Source of the DNA: Myxococcales bacterium
GTDB taxonomy: Bacteria; Myxococcota_A; Polyangia; Polyangiales; Polyangiaceae
Reading direction: 5' to 3'
DNA: 64,000 nt
Assembly (NCBI GenBank): GCA_043747615.1
Contig: JAYTOU010000060.1
Location: 64,001 to 128,000, forward strand
Positions 38,871-48,414 of this stretch are shown here, piece after piece. Each line of letters opens with the position of its first letter. Within the stretch, counting starts at the first letter, position 1. The translations under genes were made by a program, and so were the position numbers. The notes beneath the pieces are model-generated. The model searched no databases, was not told the origin of the DNA, and worked only from the letters and a program-made list of their open reading frames with translations.

Positions 38871-39506
38871 ATGAAAAGTTCGCCCGCGGCGAGATGTATC
38901 TCGGTCACGAAGAGTGGCGTCCGATGCTCGCTGAAGTGCGCACCATGGGGCGACGGAAACCTATGTCGCACGCATTTTCACCGCACGCCGCTGCCGCCCC
39001 CGCTGTCGAACGAAGAGCTCACAGACTGGATTCGTGCGACGACGAAGGACGACCCTGAGCGCTTGAAGCAGGTCGCGGCGTTGTTGCTCGAGTCTTCTGC
39101 GCGAGTGGCGTCGAGCCCGCACGTGCTCGGTGACGCCGACGTAGGTCCCGTACGCGTGAACCCGAGCGACGAGCCCGTGGCGCGAGAGTCACCTCTCAAG
39201 CGGCGAAGGGAAGAGGAAGCGGCGCGAGGCTGGGCGCGCTTCCGACAGAAGCTACAGACCATCACCTCGTACCTCGACGCCCAAACGTTGGCAGACGCCG
39301 TTCCGAGAGATGCCAGAGAGCGCGAGCGGACCCTCCACGTGCGCCTCGGTCGATTCCTACAAACGCGTGTCGTGTCCGACGCCGCGTCTAGCGAGGAGCG
39401 CGCAGAGCTAGACGTCTTGCTGCTTCGACTGTCGAGCCCGATAGTTCCAGTGGACCCGCATGCCGCCGCTGAGTCGATTCGTCAGGGCGCCACGGCCTGC
39501 TCGTAG
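38871..39506 (+). CDS. Hypothetical protein with an N-terminal C3H zinc-finger-like motif
   Basis: RC.S.TKSG.RC...C....LC.TH, followed by a helical region. Confidence 0.55.
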   Translation: MKSSPAARCISVTKSGVRCSLKCAPWGDGNLCRTHFHRTPLPPPLSNEELTDWIRATTKDDPERLKQVAALLLESSARVASSPHVLGDADVGPVRVNPSDEPVARESPLKRRREEEAARGWARFRQKLQTITSYLDAQTLADAVPRDARERERTLHVRLGRFLQTRVVSDAASSEERAELDVLLLRLSSPIVPVDPHAAAESIRQGATACS

Positions 39507-39541
39507 GTGCGGCAGCTTGCGGCTCGCCGGCGCACAGGACG

Positions 39542-40696
39542 GTGGCGCTCGCCGCGAAAGGGTTTCGCCCCTTCTTCTTGCTCGCAGCAGCGTTCGCGGT
39601 GGCGATTCTTCCGCTATGGATGCTCACGCTCGTCGGAATTCTGAATCCGACTTTCTACCTAGACGCCGTTTCCTGGCACGCGCACGAGATGGTCTTCGGC
39701 TTCGCCGTGGCGGTGATCGCCGGCTTTCTCCTCACCGCGGTAGGCAACTGGACGAAGCGAGAAACGGCGGTCGGCGTGCCGCTCCTCGCGCTGTCTGCAG
39801 TGTGGCTGCTCGGACGGATCGCGATCACGGGGGCTCCGCTCTTTCTGCATTGGTTCACGGCAGTGGCGGACCTCGCGTTCTTGCCCGTGCTCATCGTCGT
39901 CCTCGCCCGCCCGCTCATCGCTTCGAAGAACCACCGAAACCTCGTGATGCTCGGGCTTCTCGGCGCGCTCTTTCTTGCCAATCTCGCGATTCACCTCGAC
40001 GTGCTCGGAGTGCTTCCCGGCTGGCGTCGGCGCGGCAACTTCTTCGCGATCGATCTGGTGATCCTCGTCATCCTGCTCATGGCGGGGCGTGTCTTTCCGA
40101 TGTTCACGCGCAATGCTACCGACGTCGCGTCGATCCGCGCTCTTCCCGCACTCGACCTCGCGACCGTAGTGGCGATGGGCACTCTCGCACTCCTCGACGC
40201 GTTCGCCGCGCCTCCCATGGTCGCTGGAGTCGCGGCCGGAGTCACCGGTATCCTCGCCGCCGCGCGGAGCGTGCATTGGGGCGCGCGCCACGTCTTCAAG
40301 TTGCCGCTCGTGTGGATCCTTCACGTCGGCTACGCGTGGATCCCACTCGGCCTCGTCTTGCGGGGGCTCTCAGCGTTCGGGAGTGCGGTTCCAAGCTCGG
40401 TCGCCACCCACGCTCTCACCGTCGGAGGCATCGGCGCGCTGACCCTCGGAATGATGTCGCGCGTCGCGCTCGGCCACACCGGACGCGCGCTCACCGTGAG
40501 CCCGCCGGTCGTCGCCTCGTTCGTGCTGGTGACCCTCGCGGCCATGGTGCGCGTCCTGATTCCGCTCGTGTCTCCCGCCTCGTACCGGCCGTCGCTCTTC
40601 GTTGCCGGGAGCCTATGGACTGCAGCGTTTGGCATCTACCTCGTGGTCCACGCGCCCATGCTCGTGATGGCGAGGCCGGACGGCAAAGTCGGGTGA
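39542..40696 (+). CDS. nnrS: NnrS family membrane protein
   Basis: GFRPFFL, WHAHEMVFGF, GFLLTAV.NWT, GRV.PMFT, WILH.GY.W, HALTVG, MMSRVALGHTGR. Confidence 0.93.
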   Translation: MALAAKGFRPFFLLAAAFAVAILPLWMLTLVGILNPTFYLDAVSWHAHEMVFGFAVAVIAGFLLTAVGNWTKRETAVGVPLLALSAVWLLGRIAITGAPLFLHWFTAVADLAFLPVLIVVLARPLIASKNHRNLVMLGLLGALFLANLAIHLDVLGVLPGWRRRGNFFAIDLVILVILLMAGRVFPMFTRNATDVASIRALPALDLATVVAMGTLALLDAFAAPPMVAGVAAGVTGILAAARSVHWGARHVFKLPLVWILHVGYAWIPLGLVLRGLSAFGSAVPSSVATHALTVGGIGALTLGMMSRVALGHTGRALTVSPPVVASFVLVTLAAMVRVLIPLVSPASYRPSLFVAGSLWTAAFGIYLVVHAPMLVMARPDGKVG

Positions 40697-41161
40697 GGCT
40701 CTGCGAGAGACTTGAGCATCGTCAGCGAGCGAAGACAGCAGCCTCGGGCTCAGTGGCGCCGGCCCCACGAGTTCCGACGAAGCGCGCGTTCATTCGCTAC
40801 GGGCATAGCAGACACCGCGCCGCGAAGACGCGAACGCTGCTGACGTAAAATTCGACACTGCAGTGCGTCGTCGGTGAATTCGAACAGTCGCGCAAAATCT
40901 TCGAGAGAGTCGCGGAGAGACGACGCACCACCATGAGCGTTTCGGTAGGTGCACGTAGATCCGGCGACCACTTACTTCATATGACGCAGGAGATACTTCT
41001 GGCGCTCAGATCGGACGAGAACAAGATGCGCTGGTCTGACGGGCCGAGCGTAGCGAACGCATCATGAGCCCGCGTGACGAACGCGACCGAAGGCGACGCC
41101 CTCGGGTCGGCGACGTGTGCCTTTTCTCCGCAGTCAAACCCTCTGAATAGATGGAGCTGAC

Positions 41162-43384
41162 GTGATGACGAATCGATTTTTTCGTACGGCTTCGAAGCTG
41201 TCCTCGGTCGTGATTCTCACCGCAATTCCTTTCGCGCTGAGCGTGGGCTGCGGCTCCGCACCGCCCGACTCGACGGAAGGCGCTAGCACCTCGGCATCGC
41301 CGCTTCCGCCCCGTAGCGTGATGCTCCGCCAAGATCCGGGAGCTACGCCCCAGAGCAACAGTCTTCGCACCGCCTCCGCGCCAGCCGGCACTCACCTCAC
41401 GTACTACGGTGGGCGCGTCGTATCGAACATCCAAGTCGTGCAAGTCCTGTGGGGAGCCGGTAGCTACCACGCGCAAGTGACGAGCACGGCGACCCCGAGC
41501 ATCGGGACGTTTTATCAGCAGATGTCGAACAGCGCGTACTTCGACTGGCTCACTGAGTTCAACACGAGCGGCGGGACGAACCAAACGATCGGGCACGGCA
41601 GCTTCCTCGGGCAGTATCCGATCACCCCGTCCGTGACGGGTACGACCGTGTCGCAAGCGCAGCTCGAGGCGGAGATTCAACGTCAGATCAACGCCGGCCA
41701 CCTTCCCGCGCCAACGCACGACGCGAGCGGCAACAACAACTCGTACTACGCCGTCTTCTTTCCCCACGGGATCACGATCACCCAAGGCACATCGCGCAGC
41801 TGCGCTTCGGGAGGGTTCTGCGCCTTCCATGGAACGATCGCGAACTCGTCGACCCCGGAGATCTACTACGGAGTTCACCCGGACATGCAGGCCGGCTCGG
41901 GCTGCGACACAGGCTGCGGCACCGGTACGCCGTTCGACAACTACACGTCCGTCGCCTCCCACGAGCTGGTCGAAACGGTGACGGATGCAGAGGTGGGCAT
42001 CGCGACTGCGAACGCGGCGCCTCTTGCCTGGTACGACACGGTGAACGGCGAGATCGGTGACATCTGCAACGCGCAACAGGCGTCGATCGTCGGCGGCGAC
42101 GGCGTTACGTACACGGTGCAAAAAGAATTTTCGAACGTTTCGAATGACTGCATCGCAAGCCGCGCAGTCGCGAATGGTTTCACGGTGTCGGACTCTCCCT
42201 CAGCGGGGAGCGTCGCCGCCGGCTCATCGGCCACGACGACGATCACCGTCACCGACACAGGCACGCCGGGCACCGTCTCCCTGTCGGCGAGCGGCCTCCC
42301 CGCCGGCGCGGCCGCGACTTTCGCCCCATCGAGCCTGGGTGCGACGGGTAACTCGACCTTGACCGTTTCGACTACGGCGGGAGTCGCGGCCGGCATCTAC
42401 GCGATCACGATCACTGGCACTGCGGGCACGACTTCCCACACGGCGAGCTACTCGCTGACGGTGACGTCCGGGGGCGGCGGCGGTGGCAGCGCGCTCACGA
42501 ACGGCGGATTCGAAACGGGAAACCTCTCATCGTGGAGCTCCGTCGGACTCGCGAGCGTTCTTGGTGGCGGGCACAGCGGCAGCTACGCAGCGCAGGTCGG
42601 CGGAACGGCCCCGAGCAGCGACAGCAACATCGGCCAGACGTTCACGGCGCCCTCTGGCGCGACGAGCCTCTCCTTCTTCTACAAGGTCGTCTGCCCTGAC
42701 AGCGTCAGCTACGACTGGGCCTCGGCAACGCTGAAAGACAACACCGCCGGCACGACTGCGACCGTCCTCGCGAATACGTGCACAAACAGCGGCGCGTGGG
42801 TGCAAGCCTCCGCGAGCCTGACCGCGGGGCACAGCTACACGCTCACGTTGGCGAGTCACGACGACAACTACGCGGGTGACCCGACGTACACGCTCTACGA
42901 TGATGTCGTCTTCGCGACTGGGGGCGGCGGTGGGGGCGGCGGCGCCAACGCAGTCCTGAACGGCGGCCTCGAGTCAGGGAGTCTCTCGAGCTGGACGCCC
43001 TCCGGCGCGAGCGAATCCGTCGTAGTCGGGGGACACTCCGGGAGCTACGCGGCACGCCTCGGCAGCACGAGCGCGACGAACGGCGACAGCTCGATCTCGC
43101 AGACGTTCACTGCTGCCGCGGGTGACACGATCCTCTCGTTCTCGTACAAGGTCACCTGTCCCGACTCAGTGACTTACGATTGGGCGACGGCCATCCTGAA
43201 GGACAACACGAGCGGGATCACCTCCGTCGTCCTCAACAAGACTTGCACCAACACGGGCAGCTGGGCGAGCGCTTCGGTGGCGATTACTGCGGGTCATGGG
43301 TACACCCTGACTCTCACGAGCCACGACGACAACTACGGCAGTGACCCGACGTACACGCTCTATGACGATGTCGCGACGCACTAG
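41162..43384 (+). CDS. Exported lipoprotein: PHI-1/EXORDIUM-like domain, Ig-like domain and two CBM-like repeats
   Basis: Lipobox SVGC; YYGGRV, FCAFH, SHELVETVTD, AWYD..NGEIGDIC; two NGG.E.G.LSSW...C.DSV.YDWA...HDDNY..DPTYTLYDDV repeats joined by Gly linkers. Confidence 0.72.
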   Translation: MMTNRFFRTASKLSSVVILTAIPFALSVGCGSAPPDSTEGASTSASPLPPRSVMLRQDPGATPQSNSLRTASAPAGTHLTYYGGRVVSNIQVVQVLWGAGSYHAQVTSTATPSIGTFYQQMSNSAYFDWLTEFNTSGGTNQTIGHGSFLGQYPITPSVTGTTVSQAQLEAEIQRQINAGHLPAPTHDASGNNNSYYAVFFPHGITITQGTSRSCASGGFCAFHGTIANSSTPEIYYGVHPDMQAGSGCDTGCGTGTPFDNYTSVASHELVETVTDAEVGIATANAAPLAWYDTVNGEIGDICNAQQASIVGGDGVTYTVQKEFSNVSNDCIASRAVANGFTVSDSPSAGSVAAGSSATTTITVTDTGTPGTVSLSASGLPAGAAATFAPSSLGATGNSTLTVSTTAGVAAGIYAITITGTAGTTSHTASYSLTVTSGGGGGGSALTNGGFETGNLSSWSSVGLASVLGGGHSGSYAAQVGGTAPSSDSNIGQTFTAPSGATSLSFFYKVVCPDSVSYDWASATLKDNTAGTTATVLANTCTNSGAWVQASASLTAGHSYTLTLASHDDNYAGDPTYTLYDDVVFATGGGGGGGGANAVLNGGLESGSLSSWTPSGASESVVVGGHSGSYAARLGSTSATNGDSSISQTFTAAAGDTILSFSYKVTCPDSVTYDWATAILKDNTSGITSVVLNKTCTNTGSWASASVAITAGHGYTLTLTSHDDNYGSDPTYTLYDDVATH

Positions 43385-43612
43385 TGACTCGTTCACGCGC
43401 GACGGCACGTGTCTCGGACTGCTAACCGCCCGAGCGATGCGCCGAGCCTCGTTCGGCAACGGTGGCGCGGGCTCAGGAGAGCGGCGACAGGAGCCGACAC
43501 TCGGGGCGCGGGAGCTCACGACCTCGCTGCCCATCCTCGTGCGCGAAGGCCCCGGATCCATCGAAGATTTCGAGTGAAGCAACTGAGAGGGTGATGCGGC
43601 CGATAGGGCTTC

Positions 43613-43801
43613 ATGCGCCAGTCCCAGCCTTGTAGACCTCGTTCCCGCCGCACCGGCCAACGAGGCGTGGTCGCGGTGGAGTACTCGTTCCTCCTGACGT
43701 TCATGGTCATCCCGACCGTCCTGGCCCTCGTCGCCGGTGGCGTCGTCCTCGACCGCATGTACGTCGCGTCCCGCAACCACTTGCTTCTCCCGACGCCATG
43801 A
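43613..43801 (+). CDS. Flp-type (type IVb/Tad) pilin-like protein
   Basis: Prepilin site QRG|VVAVEY followed by a TM helix; 62 aa. Confidence 0.72.
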   Translation: MRQSQPCRPRSRRTGQRGVVAVEYSFLLTFMVIPTVLALVAGGVVLDRMYVASRNHLLLPTP

Positions 43802-44262
43802 AGCGCCTTAGACGCGATCGTCGTGGCGCCGTCATCGTCGAGTTCATCGCGGTCCTTCCCGTGGTCCTCATGATCTTTTTCGTGATGGTGCAGTACGGGC
43901 ATCTCCTCGCGGCACGCTTGATCATTCACCACGCCGCGGAGAGCGCCGCGCGCATGGCAGTGGTCGGCAAGAGCCCGATGCAACCGGGAAAGTTCGTCGG
44001 CGACAGCAACGACCCGAAGCTCGCCGCCCTCGAATCCATGGGGCTCTGGACGAGCATCGGTGCGCCCGCGATCGATGCCGTCAAAGTCGAGGCGCGCTAC
44101 CCGTCAAACGACGCGTACGGACCCGTCACTGTCAACTTGACCGGCACCTACCACTGCAAGGTCCCCATCGCGCGAAGGATGTTTTGCGGAGAAAGCGGCC
44201 TGACGATGCGCATCACGGCGATCTTACCCCATCAAGGAGCGCGTTACGCGGACGAGTCATGA
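43798..44262 (+). CDS. TadE-like pseudopilin
   Basis: RRG|AVIVEF..VLP, AA..AARMA.V; ATGA-coupled. Confidence 0.82.
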   Translation: MKRLRRDRRGAVIVEFIAVLPVVLMIFFVMVQYGHLLAARLIIHHAAESAARMAVVGKSPMQPGKFVGDSNDPKLAALESMGLWTSIGAPAIDAVKVEARYPSNDAYGPVTVNLTGTYHCKVPIARRMFCGESGLTMRITAILPHQGARYADES

Positions 44263-45635
44263 GCACGGAACGCAAAGGTTTGCGGGCGTCGCAAGAAGGC
44301 GCCGTGATGATCATGGGCGTCTTCATGGCGCTGGCCCTCATCGGCGTGATCTGGTTCTTGTTAGGCATCGGCGCCAGCATCGTCTTCCGCGAGAACATGC
44401 AGGAAGGTGCTGATTCCGGCGCGTTCTCGAGTGCCGCCGTCCACGCGCGGAGCATGAATTTTATCGTGGCCCTCAACCTGGTCATGTTCGCGCTCGCCAC
44501 GTTTTGGGTTCTTCTCTGCATCACGTACGTGGTCCTCGTAGTCGTCTCCATCTACACGTGGCTCGTAGGCATCGTGAGCTGCATCCTCGGCTGCGAAGGG
44601 CTCGGCGCGGCGGAGAGCGTCGAAAATCTGAAGGAGCGAGTCGGGCAACTGAAAGAGCAGTATCGGACGCTGCTGGACGGTCTTCTTCCGGCGCTCAGCC
44701 TTGCCCAGAGCGTCGCGGCTGAAGGGGCGGACGTGGGCGGTGCGTTCGTGTCGGCCGCGCAGATCGCAGATACGACCGGCGGAGAGTTCGGAGTGGCCGC
44801 TAGCGCAGATCTTCCGAATATCAGTGCCGCAAAGAGCATCGGCGAACGCATTGGTCTGCCCGTAGAAAATGAGAAAAACGGGGCGCTGTGCGCGCACTCG
44901 GCGCAGTGGGTGATGGGCTACCTCCAGACGCTGCTCAACAAGAATCCGCTGGTCGGAAAACTGCTCAGCCTGCCCCCCTCGGCGTTCTCCGCTGCCATGG
45001 TGGCTCTTCAGCTCAATCCGAATCCCGCCACTCGCGTCGCGCTCTCAAAGTTGAACAAGTTCCTCGACACCATCCGCAACACCGCAGCCGACACATTGCA
45101 GTTCGTGTACTGCAGCGACGATGTCTGGGAAAAAGCGGGGCCGAAGCGGATGTGGCGCTCCGGTAAGAACACGATGGAGAAGAACGCCAGCGACTGGATG
45201 CAGGTCTACTCCGTCGTCGTTCCTTCAAGGCTCGACGACAATCAGGCAGAGCACCACCTCGGCGTCTCGCACCTAAACAACTCCGAGCAAGCAACCGTGC
45301 CCTTTATGTTCTTCTACGCGCAGGCTGAGTACTTCCTCGACTGCGAGGGCCGGTGGGACGGCGGTTCTTGCAACGCGATCAGCGACAGCGTGAAAGACAC
45401 GGGAATAGACGCGGCGATGTACCGCCTCGAGTGGCGCGCTCGCCTCGTTCGGGTGCACACCGCGAAGAACCTCCCTGCTGCCAAGTACGTCAACGCGTTC
45501 AATGCAGTGCTCGCCGAGGGCGCGGTCCTGAAGAACGCCCAGAACGACAGTCCCGCGGTTCAGCGCTTGCTCGGTGCCTTGCCCAACGAAGTGCTCGCAT
45601 TCCTCCAGAAAGTGCCAGCGGCAAACTTTCATTGA
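44259..45635 (+). CDS. TadG-like Tad domain protein
   Basis: QEG|AVMIMG, MQ.GAD.GAFS.A...AR.MN, W.ARL.R; ATGA-coupled at 44259. Confidence 0.75.
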   Translation: MSTERKGLRASQEGAVMIMGVFMALALIGVIWFLLGIGASIVFRENMQEGADSGAFSSAAVHARSMNFIVALNLVMFALATFWVLLCITYVVLVVVSIYTWLVGIVSCILGCEGLGAAESVENLKERVGQLKEQYRTLLDGLLPALSLAQSVAAEGADVGGAFVSAAQIADTTGGEFGVAASADLPNISAAKSIGERIGLPVENEKNGALCAHSAQWVMGYLQTLLNKNPLVGKLLSLPPSAFSAAMVALQLNPNPATRVALSKLNKFLDTIRNTAADTLQFVYCSDDVWEKAGPKRMWRSGKNTMEKNASDWMQVYSVVVPSRLDDNQAEHHLGVSHLNNSEQATVPFMFFYAQAEYFLDCEGRWDGGSCNAISDSVKDTGIDAAMYRLEWRARLVRVHTAKNLPAAKYVNAFNAVLAEGAVLKNAQNDSPAVQRLLGALPNEVLAFLQKVPAANFH

Positions 45636-45680
45636 AGAACGACGCAACCACGGCTGCTGGGCGGCCGACAGGAGAGGACC

Positions 45681-46211
45681 ATGAAGTCTTGCTCGATGCG
45701 AAACCGATCGGACCGGCGGCGGCGATCTGCCGGCGTGGCGATGGTCGAGGCGGCCGCTGTGCTTCCCGTCCTTCTCATGTTCTTCGGGCTCTTTAGGTTC
45801 GTGGGCGCCGAATACGACGCCAAGCTCCAGACCAGCTGGGATGCGCGCAATCAAGCGTGGGACGATGCGATGCACGGCTGCAAAGGGAGCCCGGACGCCA
45901 ACGATGCCGTGCGCATGGGAAACACCGATCCGAACAACGCCGCCAGCTCACTCGATCGCGGCGCTCGCGACCCGGTGAAAGACCGAACGCGTAAGATGAT
46001 CACCAACGGTCCGGCGAGGGGCTCGCGAACGAGCTACGGCCTGATTTCGCGAAGCAACAAGACGGTCAAGGCCACGGTCCGCGCTCCGCACTTCACCCGC
46101 GAGATCGTCTCCGCGTCATCGGTGTTCTGCAATGAGCAAAACTACGAAGAGGAGAGCGCTTTCAAGCTCGTGGCCCTCGCAAAATTCGCCATCTCCGCGA
46201 TCCCGCACTGA
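45681..46211 (+). CDS. TadE-like pseudopilin
   Basis: SAG|VAMVEAA.VLP, AR..AW..A..GC; RBS AGGAG. Confidence 0.72.
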   Translation: MKSCSMRNRSDRRRRSAGVAMVEAAAVLPVLLMFFGLFRFVGAEYDAKLQTSWDARNQAWDDAMHGCKGSPDANDAVRMGNTDPNNAASSLDRGARDPVKDRTRKMITNGPARGSRTSYGLISRSNKTVKATVRAPHFTREIVSASSVFCNEQNYEEESAFKLVALAKFAISAIPH

Positions 46212-46234
46212 AAGAACGAGAAAGGTCTCTCACC

Positions 46235-47155
46235 ATGTTCAGGCATACCGAAACATCGAGACGATTGAGGCGGGGACGAGGAATGCTTCGCGTGGCGGCG
46301 TACGTTGCCGTCGTCTTCGGGGTGGCGGCCGGTTGCTCGATACACACCGCCAAGGCCAGCATGCACGAGCAGCAGCTCGAGCTCGGACGCGACCTGCTGC
46401 CGCTAGCCGAATTTCTGCAGGAGTCGCGGGTGCTCACCGTCAACGGGCAAAGCGCGCACGTGGCGTCGGCGACGGTGCAGAGCGATCTCACGACAGTCCT
46501 CGATCGCTACGAGAGCCACTGCCTCCTCGCAAAGAGCCCGCTTTCTGACGGGTGGAAGCTCGCGAGTGAGGAAGATCGGCGCGAGGCTGAAACGAAAATC
46601 GGCAAGCTCACCGTGTCGCGCGAAGAGAACCCCAATGAAGGAACGGTCGCCTGCATCGTGAAGGGCGAGCACTCGGCGAGCTCGTTCTCCGAGGGGATGC
46701 GCACCTTTGCCGAGACGGGGGATTTCGGAGCGTTCGGAAAGTTGCGCTACGTCTACGCCAAGCGTGGCTCGAACGGCTCGACTTTCGTGATGACCGTGTG
46801 GACGGACGACACGTTCGATCTCGGGAAGATGCTTCCCCAGCCGGGACACGACGTGGCGGGCGGCGACCTCGCGGAAGCTCCGCGACCGCCGCAGGCGCAG
46901 CGCATCTTCGTGACCGCGCTTTCGGGGGCTCCGTTCAGCACCCGCGTCTACCGAACAGCCTTGAAGCCGGAGGCCGCGATCGCCTTCTACGATGACACGA
47001 TGAAAAACTCTGGGTGGGCCGCCGGTACGGGCGCCAACGCGTCACCCCCGTCCGGGCGAGTCTACTGGAAGAATGGCACCGAAGTCGTGGTTGCCGCCGG
47101 GCTCGATGCGCGGGGGCAAACGACGATTTCAGTCGCGGAGGTTGGCCGGCCCTGA
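46235..47155 (+). CDS. Exported hypothetical protein at the end of the Tad cassette
   Basis: N-terminal TM/possible lipobox AAGC; G.FGKLRYVYA, D..G.D....PRPP, FYD..M...GW. Confidence 0.65.
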   Translation: MFRHTETSRRLRRGRGMLRVAAYVAVVFGVAAGCSIHTAKASMHEQQLELGRDLLPLAEFLQESRVLTVNGQSAHVASATVQSDLTTVLDRYESHCLLAKSPLSDGWKLASEEDRREAETKIGKLTVSREENPNEGTVACIVKGEHSASSFSEGMRTFAETGDFGAFGKLRYVYAKRGSNGSTFVMTVWTDDTFDLGKMLPQPGHDVAGGDLAEAPRPPQAQRIFVTALSGAPFSTRVYRTALKPEAAIAFYDDTMKNSGWAAGTGANASPPSGRVYWKNGTEVVVAAGLDARGQTTISVAEVGRP

Positions 47156-47381
47156 TCGAGGATCTTCTTTGGCTCTTCGCGTATCGCTACGACTGGCCGA
47201 GACCATCGATTTCGAACCAAGCGAAGCGATGCCTCCAGACGACGGAAGGGAGACCTCCGTCCTCGCCCGGTTACAGGGCCAAGTTATTTTTTTCCGTGCG
47301 GTCGTCAGCTCGGCTTGAGCGCGCGCACGGCTTTCGACTCTCCGGCGTACTCGAGGATGGCGCCATCGCGCCTAACGAGCA

Positions 47382-47498
47382 GCGAAGCGCCCCGACTTCA
47401 CCTCGCTCCTTACAAGCGGCGACCTCTGCCAGGATCTTCTTTTTGTACGCTGCGGTGAAGCGTCTCTGCTGCGCTTTCGATTACACCTCGGTCATGGG
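47382..47498 (-). pseudogene. IS3-family transposase OrfA remnant
   Basis: PMTEV*SKAQQRRFTAAYKKKILAEVAACKERGEVGALR matches the IS3 OrfA HTH start (RRFTAEYK.RIL...C...GE.GAL); in-frame TAA. Confidence 0.7.
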
Positions 47499-47789
47499 GA
47501 TCGAGGACAAATGAGAGGGATCCATCTCGCCCTGCTACACAAAACTACGAGGGGGCGCTGGCCTCACGCCCGTTGGCAGAGAGGAGACTTCGTGGACGGT
47601 TGCGTCGCGCGCCTCCGAATCGGTGATGAAGCGAAAGCCGTCCCGCGCTCGTTGGTGACGACGGTCGATGGCTCGGGGCGGTCGTTCTCGCGTTGATCGA
47701 GGCGTTCAGGTTCGACGGGGACGCCCTCACCCGCGCGTCCGATGGGGAAACCCTGGCCACCACGGTGCGATCCCAAGTCCGGGTGCCTT

Positions 47790-48016
47790 AGGCATCGTGC
47801 CGCTCGGAGAGCGCCATCTCCGAGAGGTCGTTCGCGAGTACGTCGAACGAAATCATCACGAGCGAAACCATCAGGGCCTGGATGATGCGATTCCACTTTC
47901 GATCGCTGATCCTAATCGGAATGGGCGCGTACGCCGCCGCGTACCGCCTGGCGGTATTCTCAATTTCTATCATCGGGACGCGGCATGAAATGCGCGATCG
48001 AGTTTGGGACACTACG
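47790..48016 (+). mobile_element. 3' remnant of an integrase-core (IS481-like) transposase with terminal IR
   Basis: PLGERHLR..VREYV...H.ERNHQGL...GG.LNFY.R.AA*, homologous to the C-terminus of 54962-55993, followed by ATCGAGTTTGGGACACTACG. Confidence 0.72.
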
Positions 48017-48213
48017 CGGGGAACGCTTCGACGAAAACGGATTGAGAGTTTCCGATTCAGTCCGCGTCGACATCTGAGGACGCGTCCGCCGCATCGGCCT
48101 CGAGCATTTGGCATCGTTCGGAGTCTCGGCCGCTTCCACCGAAATACATGGCGACATGCGCCCCTGCCCAGCGGGCGTTCGGAGAGGCGCGCGATGTTTG
48201 CGCGCTGTGTCGC

Positions 48214-48414
48214 TCAGCCTTGGTGGCGACTTGTAACGAGACTCGGAATGATGATCGTGAGAAAAATCAGACCGAGCGCGTAGAGGGCGCGCGGCATCCA
48301 CGCAGGTTTTTGCGGAGGCTTCCGGCGACGCGCGCTGACGAGGAGATCGGCTCCCTCGGCGGACGTGAGATGACCCTTGCGGACCTGCTCGAAGATTTCC
48401 ACGCTGCTGTTCAT
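48214..48414 (-). CDS. Small single-TM protein
   Basis: ATG overlaps the GAF gene stop (ATGA); IFEQVRKG.LT..EGADLL helical hairpin then a C-terminal TM. Confidence 0.6.
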   Translation of the reverse strand: MNSSVEIFEQVRKGHLTSAEGADLLVSARRRKPPQKPAWMPRALYALGLIFLTIIIPSLVTSRHQG

